NCBI GenBank assembly: GCA_965214935.1
Contig: CBDCCS010000018.1
Coordinates: forward strand, 64,001-128,000
Direction of reading: 5' to 3'
DNA: 64,000 nucleotides
From: Candidatus Velthaea sp.
GTDB taxonomy: Bacteria; Vulcanimicrobiota; Vulcanimicrobiia; Vulcanimicrobiales; Vulcanimicrobiaceae
In this document: in pieces, positions 7,146-17,509 of the stretch
Numbering within the stretch: the stretch's first letter is position 1
Layout: each line of letters begins with the position of its first letter
Notes under the pieces: generated by a model
What the model saw: only the letters and a program-made list of their open reading frames with translations
What the model was told of the DNA's origin: nothing
The model's database searches: none
Made by a program: the position numbers and the translations under genes

Positions 7146-9374
7146 TTAGTCGCGCGGACGGCGCGTGCGTGGTGCGCCCCCGCCCGAGCCGTTACGGCCG
7201 CTGCTCGGGCCATCCGGACGCGGACCGCGCGGAACGTACGCAGCATCTTCGGTCTGGTTGTCGGCGCCCGGCAAAACGGCTTTGCGCGATAGGTTGATAC
7301 GCCCTTGACTGTCGACTTCCATCACTTTGACCATGATCTGATCGCCGATCTTGACGACATCTTCAACTTTTTCGACGCGTTGCGCCGCGAGTTGCGAGAT
7401 GTGGACCAAGCCTTCTTTGCCGGGCAAGAACGCAACAAATGCGCCGAAGTTCATCAAGCGTGTCACCGTACCGAGGTACGTCTCGCCGACTCTCACTTCT
7501 TTGGTCAGCGCTTCGACCATCGCTTTGGCTTTTTCGGCGCCTTCGCCGTCAGGCGATGCGATGAACACCCGACCGTCGTTTTCGATGTCGATTTTGACGC
7601 CGGTATCGGAAATAATTTTGTTGATGACCTTACCGCCGGGCCCGATAACGTCTTTGATCTTATCAGGATTGATCGTTAGTACGAGCATCCGCGGAGCCCA
7701 CTTCGAGAGCTGCTGATTGGGTTCGGCGATCGTTTCTTTGAGCTTATCGATAATGAAAAGCCGCGACTTCTTCGCTTCGGCCATCGCTTCGCGCATGATG
7801 TCGATCGTAATGCCCGCGACCTTGATATCCATCTGAATGGCAGTAATTCCGTCGACGGTGCCGGCGACTTTAAAATCCATCTCGCCCAGCGCATCCTCAA
7901 GGCCTTGTATGTCGGTGAGGATCGCGTGTTTCTTCCCGTGCAGGATCAGACCCATGGCAACACCGGCCACGTGGTTCTTGATCGGTACGCCGGCATCCAT
8001 CAACGCCAGCGTCGAGCCGCAAACGGATGCCATCGACGACGAGCCGTTCGATTCGAGCACTTCGCTGATGAGACGCAAGGTATACGGGAAATCTTCCTCG
8101 GCCGGTAACACCGGAACGAGCGCGCGTTCAGCTAGCGCGCCGTGGCCGATTTCACGCCGGCCCGGGGCGCGCATCGGTCGCGCTTCGCCCGTGGAATACG
8201 GCGGAAAATTATAGTAGTGCATGTAGCGCTTGTTGGGAATCGCCATGATTCCGTCGAGCCGCTGTTCATCGCTGATCGAACCCAGGGTCGCGGCGGTGAA
8301 GACTTGCGTTTGCCCGCGCGTGAAGACGCCCGAACCGTGAACGCGCGGAACGTAACCGATCTTCGACCAGATCGGACGAATCTCGTCCGGCTTCCGGCCG
8401 TCGGGACGAATCTGCTCGTCGACGACCATGACGCGAAGTTCTTGCTCCTCCATCGCCTTGACGATCTTCTCGAAATCCTTATTTGATTTGTCTTCGAGCA
8501 GCGCCAGGATGACGGGATCTTTGCCGGCTAATTTGGCGATCGCCGCGGCGCGCGAAAGTTTTTCTAACGCCGCGTTGCGTTCGAGCTTCTCGCTAACGCG
8601 CATCGCAACGGCAACTTCTTTTTTGAAGTTTTTCTCGACCCACGCTTTAAGTTTCGGATCGCTGGTAAGCAGCGGATACTCACGCTTCGCTTTACCGGCC
8701 TTTTCTGCCAACTCGTCGATCGCGCGAACGATTTTTTTAATTTCAGCGTGCGCAAATTCGACGGCGCTTAAAAAATCTTCCTCTGATATTTCGTTGCCGC
8801 CGCCTTCAACCATCATGACGGCATCACCGGTGCCGGCGACGACAATGTCCATGCCGCCCGATTCATATTGGGGCAACGTCGGATTGCAAATTAAAGCGCC
8901 ACCGGTATCCCGGCCGACGCGGACCGCCGCAACATTTTTATCGAACGGTATATCGGAGACGGCGAGCGCCGCACCGGCCGCGCACACCGCAATGACGTCG
9001 CTATCGAGTTCCGGATCGATCGACAACACGGTCGTAATTATTTGAACGTCGTTGCGGAATCCGTCGGGGAACAGCGGCCGAATCGGCCGGTCGATTTGAC
9101 GCGCGCTAAGCGTGCCGTGCTCGGACGGCCGGCCTTCGCGTTTGATGTAGCCGCCCGGAATTTTACCGGCGGCATACATCTTCTCTTCATAATCGCAGGT
9201 GAGGGGAAAAAAATCGACGCCTTCACGAGGCTTCTCGGAGGCGGTAACGGCGGCGAGGACAACGTTTTGATCGCCATAGCGAATCAGGACGCTGCCATTC
9301 GCTTGCTTTGCAAGCTCGCCGGTCTCGATGATGAGGCTTCGGCCACCAATCTCGAGAGAGACGGAATCTGGCAC
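7146..9374 (-). CDS. pnp: Polyribonucleotide nucleotidyltransferase (PNPase)
   Basis: [21 protein letters not shown] and S1 domains; GTG start after AGGAG. Confidence 0.98.
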   Translation of the reverse strand: MPDSVSLEIGGRSLIIETGELAKQANGSVLIRYGDQNVVLAAVTASEKPREGVDFFPLTCDYEEKMYAAGKIPGGYIKREGRPSEHGTLSARQIDRPIRPLFPDGFRNDVQIITTVLSIDPELDSDVIAVCAAGAALAVSDIPFDKNVAAVRVGRDTGGALICNPTLPQYESGGMDIVVAGTGDAVMMVEGGGNEISEEDFLSAVEFAHAEIKKIVRAIDELAEKAGKAKREYPLLTSDPKLKAWVEKNFKKEVAVAMRVSEKLERNAALEKLSRAAAIAKLAGKDPVILALLEDKSNKDFEKIVKAMEEQELRVMVVDEQIRPDGRKPDEIRPIWSKIGYVPRVHGSGVFTRGQTQVFTAATLGSISDEQRLDGIMAIPNKRYMHYYNFPPYSTGEARPMRAPGRREIGHGALAERALVPVLPAEEDFPYTLRLISEVLESNGSSSMASVCGSTLALMDAGVPIKNHVAGVAMGLILHGKKHAILTDIQGLEDALGEMDFKVAGTVDGITAIQMDIKVAGITIDIMREAMAEAKKSRLFIIDKLKETIAEPNQQLSKWAPRMLVLTINPDKIKDVIGPGGKVINKIISDTGVKIDIENDGRVFIASPDGEGAEKAKAMVEALTKEVRVGETYLGTVTRLMNFGAFVAFLPGKEGLVHISQLAAQRVEKVEDVVKIGDQIMVKVMEVDSQGRINLSRKAVLPGADNQTEDAAYVPRGPRPDGPSSGRNGSGGGAPRTRRPRD

Positions 9375-9535
9375 AGGTTCTCCTAATTGTGCACCGGCGC
9401 CGCTGGGCAAGCCGGAGCGCTTACTGTTCTTTTTCTTAATCTTTGAACGGCGACACGTTCGTTTATGCACGTAACTTCGCCTTTGCCGGCCGGTTCGGGC
9501 AAGGGCGCGCAATCGCCGATAACGCATTGCCGCGC

Positions 9536-11254
9536 ATGCAAAGATGGTTGACCGGGCGGGCTGCTTGGGCGGCATGCCTAAGTGCAATTGCGCTGCTGAG
9601 CGCGCCGTTGAGTGCCGTCGCGGCGCCGGTTCGCGCGTTGCCCGCGGCCGGAATGCACGGTATGGTTGCGACCGAAGAAGCCGAGGCGACGCGCGTCGGT
9701 GTCGCCATCCTCAAACGCGGCGGCAACGCGGTTGATGCCGCGATCGCGGTCGGTTATGCGTTAGCGGTTACCGACCCGTGCTGCGGTAACATCGGCGGCG
9801 GCGGCTTCATGTTGATTCATCGCGCCGGCGGTACGAATGCATTTATTAATTTTCGCGAACGCGCGCCGCTACGTGCGACGAAAAATATGTACCTCGATGC
9901 GCGCGGCAACGTCGCGCCCGGCCGCAGCACGGACGGCTGGCTTGCCGTCGGCGTGCCAGGTACGGTAGCCGGATTCGAGCGTGCGCGGACGACTTACGGG
10001 ACACGTAGCCGCGCCCAATTGATGGCGCCCGCGATCGCACTTGCGCGCGACGGATTCATCCTGAGCGCCGGCGACCTCGACGAATTCGGCCCGCATTTCC
10101 GGCACATCGCGCGCCAGCCGAATGTTGCACGGATTTGGACGCATGACGGCGCTCCGCTACGTGCCGGCGAACGGTTGCGTCAACCCGAGTTGGCACGGTC
10201 GCTGCGGATCGTTGCACGCGCCGGCGCCGCCGGCTTTTACCGCGGTCCGATCGCACGCGCCATCGTCGGTGCAAGCAGGCGCAACGGCGGCATCCTCGCA
10301 CTCGATGATTTTCGTTCGTATACCAGCGAAGTGTTGATGCCCGTTACGTGCCGTTATCGGGGCTACCTGATCGTGTCGGCTCCGCCGCCGAGCTCGGGCG
10401 GAACGACGATGTGCGAAATTCTCTCGATCGTCGATCGTTATCCGTTCGCACGTGACGGCTTCGGCAGCGTTGCATCGATCCGGCATGATGTCGAAGCCGA
10501 ACGTCTCGCCTATGCCGACCGCAACACGTATCTGGGCGATCCCGATTTCGTCGACAATCCTGTTTCGCGATTGCTGGCACCCGCGTATATCACCCGGCAG
10601 CTGAGCAGAATCGGTGAACGCGCCGGCGACTCGCGCCGCGTTCAGGGAGGTCTGCCGCCGTCCGAACGCCGCCAAACCACGCACTATTCGATTGTCGACC
10701 GGTTCGGCAACGCGGTCGCCGTAACGTTTACCATCAACGATGAGTTCGGTGCCGGCGTTATCGCGGGCAACACCGGATTTTTTCTCAACAACGAAATGGA
10801 CGATTTCACCAGTAAAGCCGGCGTGCCGAATCTGTACGGCTTAGTGCAAGGCGATGCCAATGCAGTTGCGCCCGGAAAGCGCCCGCTATCGTCGATGGCA
10901 CCGACCATCGTCTTGCGTGACGGCCACGTCGCGATCGTCGCGGGCAGCCCGGGCGGCTCGCGCATCATCACGATCGCGCTCGGCGTCTTGCAAAACATCA
11001 TCGACTACGGGATGAATGCGCAAGCCGCCGTCGATGCGCCGCGTTTCCATCATCAGTGGCTGCCCGATATCGTCGAAATCGAACGCGGCGCGCTAAGCGC
11101 TGCAACGCAAAAGCACTTGCAGCACATCGGCTATTCTTTCGGTCTGCGCGAACGGTGGGGTTCGGCCCAAGCCGTCGTCGTCGACCGGCGGACGGGAAAA
11201 ATGACCGGGGGGACCGATCGCCGCCGGCGATCGGGCTTAGCGCTGGGCTACTAA
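9536..11254 (+). CDS. ggt: Gamma-glutamyltransferase
   Basis: GGNAVDAA, TTHYS nucleophile, NNEMDDF, PGKRPLSSM; signal peptide from ATG 9536. Confidence 0.95.
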   Translation: MQRWLTGRAAWAACLSAIALLSAPLSAVAAPVRALPAAGMHGMVATEEAEATRVGVAILKRGGNAVDAAIAVGYALAVTDPCCGNIGGGGFMLIHRAGGTNAFINFRERAPLRATKNMYLDARGNVAPGRSTDGWLAVGVPGTVAGFERARTTYGTRSRAQLMAPAIALARDGFILSAGDLDEFGPHFRHIARQPNVARIWTHDGAPLRAGERLRQPELARSLRIVARAGAAGFYRGPIARAIVGASRRNGGILALDDFRSYTSEVLMPVTCRYRGYLIVSAPPPSSGGTTMCEILSIVDRYPFARDGFGSVASIRHDVEAERLAYADRNTYLGDPDFVDNPVSRLLAPAYITRQLSRIGERAGDSRRVQGGLPPSERRQTTHYSIVDRFGNAVAVTFTINDEFGAGVIAGNTGFFLNNEMDDFTSKAGVPNLYGLVQGDANAVAPGKRPLSSMAPTIVLRDGHVAIVAGSPGGSRIITIALGVLQNIIDYGMNAQAAVDAPRFHHQWLPDIVEIERGALSAATQKHLQHIGYSFGLRERWGSAQAVVVDRRTGKMTGGTDRRRRSGLALGY

Positions 11255-11261
11255 ACGCCGG

Positions 11262-11531
11262 TCAGCGGCGCAATCCGAGATCGGCGATAAGCTTGCGATA
11301 GCGCTCCAGGTCTTTTTTCTGAAGGTAGCCGAGCAGACGGCGGCGTTGTCCGACCTGCATGAGCAGACCACGCCGGCTGTGATGGTCTTTCTTGTGAACT
11401 TTGAGGTGCTCGTTGAGCTGATTGATCGACGCTGTAAGCACCGCGATCTGCACGTCGGCCGAGCCGGTGTCGTTGGCACCCCGACCATACTTGGTCGAAA
11501 TATCCGCTTTTTGGTCTTTGGTCAAAGGCAT
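11262..11531 (-). CDS. rpsO: 30S ribosomal protein S15
   Basis: [22 protein letters not shown]. Confidence 0.99.
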   Translation of the reverse strand: MPLTKDQKADISTKYGRGANDTGSADVQIAVLTASINQLNEHLKVHKKDHHSRRGLLMQVGQRRRLLGYLQKKDLERYRKLIADLGLRR

Positions 11532-11598
11532 GGCAAGTTCTCCGTCTCGCGTGTCTGCCAGAGACGCCCGACGGGCGCTCCAGGACAGCGACCGACGG

Positions 11599-11627
11599 AT
11601 TGTAGCAAACGCGCTCTACGCGGTCAA
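11599..11627 (-). promoter_or_regulatory. sigma70-type rpsO promoter
   Basis: TTGACC (11627-11622), 17-bp spacer, TG-extended TACAAT (11604-11599). Confidence 0.75.
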
Positions 11628-11923
11628 ACGCCTTCATCGGCCGGCGGCCGCGCTTCTTCGGTCGCCGCCAGAAGCGCTGCGCGCAACGTCGTGAGGCCCG
11701 GACTTAGCGCCGTCCCGCGTTCGCCGAGCAGTTCGAGTTCGGTCAACGCCCGCCGGGCCGCGGGTTTCTCGATTGCAACGTACAGCGTTTGCTCGAGTTC
11801 TTTATCGAGTTCTTCAATGGCGCGCTGCGCCATATTTGCTTGGCCGAACGAATACGCGTGATGCGTCGCGTTTCCGAGCAACGCCAGTTCGGCCTTGAGC
11901 CAATTCCGATAATCGCGAAGCAA
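11624..11923 (-). CDS. Hypothetical helical protein
   Basis: 99 aa ORF filling the gap, protein-like composition. Confidence 0.6.
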   Translation of the reverse strand: MLRDYRNWLKAELALLGNATHHAYSFGQANMAQRAIEELDKELEQTLYVAIEKPAARRALTELELLGERGTALSPGLTTLRAALLAATEEARPPADEGV

Positions 11924-11956
11924 GACGTGCGGTTCCCTTCGGGTAAACGGCGAAGT

Positions 11957-12286
11957 GTGTCATCAGAATTTATACCCGTTGCCAAGCTGTCCGAGATCGC
12001 ACCCGGCACCGCAACCACCGTCACTCTCGACGGCCGTGAGATCGCACTCTTCAACGTCGGAGGCGTCGTGTATGCCCTCGACAATACGTGTCCGCACCAA
12101 GGCGGACCGCTAGCCGAAGGATGGATCGAAGGGACGATGGTGACATGTCCCTGGCATGCTTGGTGCTTCAACCTGACCGACGGCAAGATGACGCTGGGCG
12201 ATTTCGGTTCCGTCGACGCATTCGAGGTGCGAGTCGAGGGCGAGACGGTGAACCTTTCGCGCCAACCCAAAACCGAACCGGTCTAA
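11957..12286 (+). CDS. Rieske 2Fe-2S ferredoxin
   Basis: CPHQG...CPWH motifs; GTG at 11957. Confidence 0.92.
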   Translation: MSSEFIPVAKLSEIAPGTATTVTLDGREIALFNVGGVVYALDNTCPHQGGPLAEGWIEGTMVTCPWHAWCFNLTDGKMTLGDFGSVDAFEVRVEGETVNLSRQPKTEPV

Positions 12287-12295
12287 GGCGGCGCT

Positions 12296-13312
12296 TTAGC
12301 GCTGAAGAGCGGTCGGGAGCTCGGCCAGCGAGCGCGAGCCGCTGGCGAACTGAGCGATGCGCAGCGCGCCGATCAACTCGGCAACGAGTGCGTGTACGGC
12401 CGCTTCCGACTCGTCGGCCGCGGCTAAGAACGGCAGCGCGATGCCGCACAAATCGGCACCCAGCGCGATCGATTTCGCTATGTCGACGCCGGTTCGGATC
12501 CCGCCGCTGGCAACGAGGGGCATCCCGGGCAGGGCAGCGCGGACTTCAGCGGTGGCTCGCGCCGTTGCATAGCCCCAATCGCCGAACGCCTCGGCAATGC
12601 GTTCTCGCTGCGCGTCGCCGGCGCGCCGGCCCTCCACCAGCGCCCACGACGTACCGCCGGCGCCCGCAACGTCGATCGCCGCAACCCCGGCGTCGCGCAG
12701 CCGCCGAGCGGTCGCCGCAGCGATCCCCGAACCGACACCCTTGGCCAAGACGGGTACCTCGAGCGTCGCGCACAGCCGTCCGATTTTCGGTAGCAGATCG
12801 CGAAAGTTGGTATCGCCGTGCGGCTGCAGTGCTTCTTGGAGCGGATTGAGGTGGAGATACAAGCCGTTCGCGCCATGCAAGTCGACCAGCCGCCGCGCGT
12901 CCTCGACGGTCACCCCGTAGTTCAGCTGCACGGCCCCTAAATTGGCATACAGCGGTATCGTCGGCGCGACGTGGCGGACGGCATACGTCACGGCAAGGTC
13001 GGCGTTCTCGAGCGCCGCCCGTCCGCTGCCGAGCCCGAGCGCAATGCCGGCCGCTTCGGCGGCGGCCGCGAGCCGGCGATTGATTTCCCCGGCACGCGCG
13101 GTCCCGCCGGTCATCGACGAAATAATGAGCGGCGCACGCAGCCGGAAACCGAGGAATTCGGTGCTGCAATCAACGTCGGCCAGCGCAAATTCGGGCAAGG
13201 CTTCATGGCGCAAGCGCACCGCCGAGAAGCCGGCATCCAAACGCGAAGCAACGTCGTCTTCCAAACAAATATCAAGGTGCCGGCTCTTACGCGCCTCGGT
13301 GTCCATCGGCAC
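12296..13312 (-). CDS. fni: Type 2 isopentenyl-diphosphate delta-isomerase
   Basis: RK..HL, SSMTGG, HLNPLQE, AGAGGTSW. Confidence 0.95.
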   Translation of the reverse strand: MPMDTEARKSRHLDICLEDDVASRLDAGFSAVRLRHEALPEFALADVDCSTEFLGFRLRAPLIISSMTGGTARAGEINRRLAAAAEAAGIALGLGSGRAALENADLAVTYAVRHVAPTIPLYANLGAVQLNYGVTVEDARRLVDLHGANGLYLHLNPLQEALQPHGDTNFRDLLPKIGRLCATLEVPVLAKGVGSGIAAATARRLRDAGVAAIDVAGAGGTSWALVEGRRAGDAQRERIAEAFGDWGYATARATAEVRAALPGMPLVASGGIRTGVDIAKSIALGADLCGIALPFLAAADESEAAVHALVAELIGALRIAQFASGSRSLAELPTALQR

Positions 13313-13380
13313 GACGCTTTCGCCGCGTGCGGCCGTCTGCCCGGTGAGGACCGTTTGCGCCGGGCGCGGAACGTCGCACC

Positions 13381-13878
13381 GTGATGGAGCACGCCTATGA
13401 TGCGGCGACCGGGACGGTCGGCGGGTCCGACTTCGCTGCCGGCCTCGCGGCTTTGGCGGCCGCTAAAGACCTCGATCGCGCCGGGCTCGCGCAAGCGGCC
13501 GGCCTCGAGGAGACACTCGTCGATGCGGTGCTCGGCGGCGCGCGGGTCGGCGTGGCCGTCGCAGCGGCCTTCGCCCGGGCACTGCGCGTGCGCCCGATCG
13601 AATTCATGCAGAAGACCGGACTGTTATCGCTCGAGGTGTACGCCGGCGGACTCGATCCGCTATTTTTTCTGCCGGCCGGACCGGTGCGGCACGATGCGCG
13701 GATCTACATGCGCGAGATCAATCCGCGACACGCGGTGCCCGAGGGTGATATGACCAAGCGCAACCCGCTGCTCAAGATGCTCGCCGACGACGCCTTGCTC
13801 GATCCGGTCGGCAAACTTGAAATAGAGCTTGCTTATCTGCTCCGCTCTGCTGCTGCCGCGACCGCTGGGCGGTTGTAG
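13381..13878 (+). CDS. Hypothetical protein with an N-terminal XRE-like HTH
   Basis: LAQAAGL....V..V..G pattern and FARALRV.P.EF; unknown C-terminal half. Confidence 0.6.
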   Translation: MMEHAYDAATGTVGGSDFAAGLAALAAAKDLDRAGLAQAAGLEETLVDAVLGGARVGVAVAAAFARALRVRPIEFMQKTGLLSLEVYAGGLDPLFFLPAGPVRHDARIYMREINPRHAVPEGDMTKRNPLLKMLADDALLDPVGKLEIELAYLLRSAAAATAGRL

Positions 13879-13987
13879 GCCGGAGCCCGGGCGTTGCGAC
13901 TGCGCTGCGGGCTGACGGTTGGGCTTGGCCTGGCTGGACGGAGCGGTCCGATAAGGGCCTTGAGGCATTGTTAAGGAAACTCCGTCC

Positions 13988-14545
13988 ATGGATATCGAAG
14001 GGAAGCGAGTCGCCGCGCTAGTCGGCGACGGTTTTGAAGAATCGGAATTGTTCGAGCCGAAACGGGCGCTCGAAGAGGCCGGCGCGATCGTCACGATCGT
14101 CGGTGCCGATGATAAATCTCTGCAGAAAATCCGCGGTAAGCGCGGACTCGATGAAGGGCAGAGCGTTAAGGCCGAAGAGGTCGTCGCCGATGTGACGGCC
14201 GACGACTTCGATGCGCTGCTCATCCCGGGCGGCATGTCGCCCGATCACATCCGGACCAACAAAGACGTTCAGCGGTTCGTCAAAGATTTCGACGCGGCGA
14301 AAAAGCCGATGTTCGTGATCTGCCACGGGCCGCAAATACTCATCTCAGCGCAAGTCGTACGCGGTCGTACCCTCACGGGCTTCGCCGCGATCGCGGACGA
14401 CATCCGGAACGCCGGCGGTCTGTATCGCGATCAGCCGATCGTTACCGACGGCAATTGGCTCACGTCGCGACATCCGGGAGACATTCCGATGTTCAACCGC
14501 GCGATGCTGGAAAAGCTCGCGAGCATCGCGACCGCGGCTGTTTGA
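13988..14545 (+). CDS. PfpI/DJ-1 family protein
   Basis: GFEESE, IPGG, ICHGP, TSRHPGD. Confidence 0.93.
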   Translation: MDIEGKRVAALVGDGFEESELFEPKRALEEAGAIVTIVGADDKSLQKIRGKRGLDEGQSVKAEEVVADVTADDFDALLIPGGMSPDHIRTNKDVQRFVKDFDAAKKPMFVICHGPQILISAQVVRGRTLTGFAAIADDIRNAGGLYRDQPIVTDGNWLTSRHPGDIPMFNRAMLEKLASIATAAV

Positions 14546-14565
14546 TCCAATCCGGTCCTACTCGA

Positions 14566-14598
14566 CTGCCGGCGGCGACAGTAACGCGCCGCCGGCAG
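14566..14598. terminator. 12-bp GC hairpin between convergent genes
   Basis: CTGCCGGCGGCG-9 nt-CGCCGCCGGCAG; no U tract. Confidence 0.5.
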
Positions 14599-14612
14599 CT
14601 ACTTCGCCGGCC

Positions 14613-15734
14613 TTAGACGACGGCCGTTAAGCGCGGATTCGGGCGTTCGGGCCGGCCGATTTTGTGACATTCGGTCCAGCCGCCGGTCGCGTCGACGGCG
14701 ACGATATCGGCGGTGAAATCAAAGCTTCCATTGCCGTCGAAAAATGCGCTGCCGACCGCATAGGCATCGACGGGAACTCCCTCGCGTTCGAAGGCGCGAA
14801 TCTTGGCGGCATTGAATCCGCCGCTCGCGACGATCCGTACGCGCGGAAAACCGGCAGCATCGAGCCCGGCGCGCACGTTGCGCACGAGTTGCGCGTTGAC
14901 GCCCGTCGGTTTGAAGGTGCCCATCATCGGAACGATCGAGGCATCGACGAGCGTACCGGAGGTGTCCAAGCGTACGCCCCACAGCCGGTCGCCGAGCGCT
15001 CGCGCAACATTTACCGACGTTGCCACGCAATCGTTATCGAAATCGACGAGTGAAATAACGTTGACGCCGGGATCGATGTATTCGGCAAACTTTTGCGTCG
15101 CACGAACCGTATCGCCGCGATATGCCGCGATGAGCGCGTGCGGCACCGTGCCCATCCCGCGCGATCCCCACCACTCGGCATTTGCATCGGTCGATACGCC
15201 GAGCGCGCCGGAAATGTATGCTGCATAGCCGTCACCCGTCTGAACCAAATGATGATCGAAGCGCGCGGGAAAAAACAGCACGTCTTTGCCGCCGGCCGCG
15301 TCGACGATGGCCCGAGCGTTCGTTGCAATGCGCGTACGGCGCGAGAGAACGCCGAGATAGCACGTTTCGAGATGTGCGAAGAGACCGTAATCGCCTTCGA
15401 TGCGCAAAACCGTTTCGTACGGCTCGATTGCATCGCCGTCGTACAGTGCACGCACGTGCAAGGCGGACCAGCCGTCCGACCATGCTCCGTTGCTGCCGCG
15501 TTCGCCCGAACACGTGCGCAGTATAGCGAGCGCTTCATCGATGCCGCACAAGATCGACGTATTGCGCTGAAAAACTTGCATTCGCACGCGTGCACGATAG
15601 CGATCGGCCAGCAATATTTCACGCGCGCGATTAAAGTAGGTGTCCGAGTAATATCCATCGCGCATTTTGTCGATGGGTAGGTTGAATACCGTCGCGTCCA
15701 GACGCGGGCGCCCTTCGCGCAACATGGGACGCAT
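14613..15734 (-). CDS. Nicotinate/quinolinate phosphoribosyltransferase family protein
   Basis: YSDTYF, GTVPHAL, GVRLDT, ASGGF, AVGS. Confidence 0.88.
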   Translation of the reverse strand: MRPMLREGRPRLDATVFNLPIDKMRDGYYSDTYFNRAREILLADRYRARVRMQVFQRNTSILCGIDEALAILRTCSGERGSNGAWSDGWSALHVRALYDGDAIEPYETVLRIEGDYGLFAHLETCYLGVLSRRTRIATNARAIVDAAGGKDVLFFPARFDHHLVQTGDGYAAYISGALGVSTDANAEWWGSRGMGTVPHALIAAYRGDTVRATQKFAEYIDPGVNVISLVDFDNDCVATSVNVARALGDRLWGVRLDTSGTLVDASIVPMMGTFKPTGVNAQLVRNVRAGLDAAGFPRVRIVASGGFNAAKIRAFEREGVPVDAYAVGSAFFDGNGSFDFTADIVAVDATGGWTECHKIGRPERPNPRLTAVV

Positions 15735-15760
15735 CTTCGGATTCGTGGAATGATTTCCTC

Positions 15761-17509
15761 ATGACTCGGCCGGCCAACTCGGATATCGCAAAAGTTCTCA
15801 TCCAAATTCGGACGCTTATGGAATTCGCCGGCGAGCCGTTCTTCAAATTCATGGCGTACGAGCGAGCCGCGGAAACACTTGAGAATGCGCCGCCGATTGC
15901 CGATCTCGCCGCCGCGGGGCGGTTGCAAGAGCTGCCCGGAATCGGAAAGACCATTGCGAGCCGGATCGCGGAGATTTGCGCCACTGGAAGCTGCGGCCAA
16001 CTCGAAGAACTCAAGGCGCGCTATCCGCTGAGTTTGGTGGAACTTTTGGGCGTTACGGGCGTCGGAATGAAGACCGCGCAAGCGCTGTTCGGCACGCTCG
16101 GAATCGCGTCGCTGGCCGATCTCGATGCGGCGCTGGCGGCCGGCCGGCTTGACGGCATGCCTCGCTTGGGAGCCAAGACCATCGATAACATGCGGCGCGG
16201 AGTTCTCGCCTATAAAGGCCGCCGGCGCCGGACGCCGCTCGGGGAAGCCTTGCCGCTTGCGCGCGAGATCGTTGCGTATCTGCGCGAGCGCACCGACGCT
16301 GCCGATCTCACGCACGCGGGCAGCGTCCGGCGCCAAGAGCCGACCGTCGGTGACATCGACATCTTGTGCACCTCGCACGATCCGCAATCGGTCATCGCTG
16401 CCTTCACCGGCTGGGAGCGGGCCGAGGCCGTACTCGCGGAAGGCGATACCAAAGCCAGCATCTGGCTTAAGGGCGGTTTGCAGATCGATCTGCGCGTTCT
16501 GCCGGCGCATTTGTACGGCAATCTGTTGCAGCATTTTACCGGCAGCCGCGAACACAACATTCAACTGCGCGAGCTTGCCGTCCGCAAGAATTTGCGCGTG
16601 AGTGAAAACGGCATCGTCGATTTGACCGATGGTTCGCTGACCGCTTGCCGTACCGAAGAAGACGTGTATGCAAAGCTCGGCTTAGCGTACATTCCGCCCG
16701 AACTCCGGCTGGGCATCGGTGAAATTGAAGCGGCCCGTGACGGTACTCTACCTATTGTCGTCGACGTCGCCGATCTGCGCGGCGATTTTCACATGCATTG
16801 TACGTGGAGCGACGGGCGCAATACGCTCGAAGCGATGATCGCGGCGGCGGCGGCACGCGGTTATGCCTATCACTCGGTCAGCGATCATTCATGGGGCCGC
16901 GGCGGCATGGGGTTGTCGCCCGAAGATCTGCGCGCTCAACGCGCTCGCCTGGCTGAGATCGGCGACCGGTACGGCGTGCGTTCACTCCGTTCGAGTGAAG
17001 TCGACATTTTGCCCGACGGCACGCTGGACTATGACGACGCGGTCCTCGCCGACCTCGATATTGTCGTGGCTAGCGTTCATTCCGCGGTGAACATATCGCG
17101 CGACGACATGACGCGCCGGTTGATTCGCGCGTGCGAGAATCCGTACGTCAATATCATCGGTCATCCGACAGGGCGGCACGTCGAGACGTTTCCCGGCTAC
17201 GAGTTTGATTACGATGCCGTATTCGCCGCCGCCGCGCGGACGGGGACTGCGCTGGAAATTGACGGTCAGCCGAATCGGCTCGATTTGCCGAGTTCGCTCG
17301 CGCGACGCGCGCGCGAGTTCGGCGTCACGTTCAGCTGCGATTCCGACGCGCATGGGTCGGCGCAACTTGCCAACGTCGCGTACGCCGTCGGTCAGGCGCG
17401 CCGGGCCTGGTTACGGCCGCAGGATGTGCTTAACACGCGCGACTTAGCCGGTGTGCTCGCCTTCGTCGAAGAGAAACGCCGGCGCACGAACGGGGCTGTC
17501 TCGGCTTAA
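15761..17509 (+). CDS. polX: DNA polymerase X with PHP 3'-5' exonuclease domain
   Basis: HhH motifs, GSVRR..GDIDIL, HFTGS..HN; PHP HMH, SDH, SDAH. Confidence 0.95.
   Translation: MTRPANSDIAKVLIQIRTLMEFAGEPFFKFMAYERAAETLENAPPIADLAAAGRLQELPGIGKTIASRIAEICATGSCGQLEELKARYPLSLVELLGVTGVGMKTAQALFGTLGIASLADLDAALAAGRLDGMPRLGAKTIDNMRRGVLAYKGRRRRTPLGEALPLAREIVAYLRERTDAADLTHAGSVRRQEPTVGDIDILCTSHDPQSVIAAFTGWERAEAVLAEGDTKASIWLKGGLQIDLRVLPAHLYGNLLQHFTGSREHNIQLRELAVRKNLRVSENGIVDLTDGSLTACRTEEDVYAKLGLAYIPPELRLGIGEIEAARDGTLPIVVDVADLRGDFHMHCTWSDGRNTLEAMIAAAAARGYAYHSVSDHSWGRGGMGLSPEDLRAQRARLAEIGDRYGVRSLRSSEVDILPDGTLDYDDAVLADLDIVVASVHSAVNISRDDMTRRLIRACENPYVNIIGHPTGRHVETFPGYEFDYDAVFAAAARTGTALEIDGQPNRLDLPSSLARRAREFGVTFSCDSDAHGSAQLANVAYAVGQARRAWLRPQDVLNTRDLAGVLAFVEEKRRRTNGAVSA

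Noticed and set aside
15011..16564. 517-aa minus-strand ORF and similar long antisense/alternate-frame ORFs (21158-22426, 26052-27119, 35558-36616)
   Set aside because: They overlap well-supported genes and have Arg/Ala/Pro-rich shadow composition typical of GC-rich DNA.
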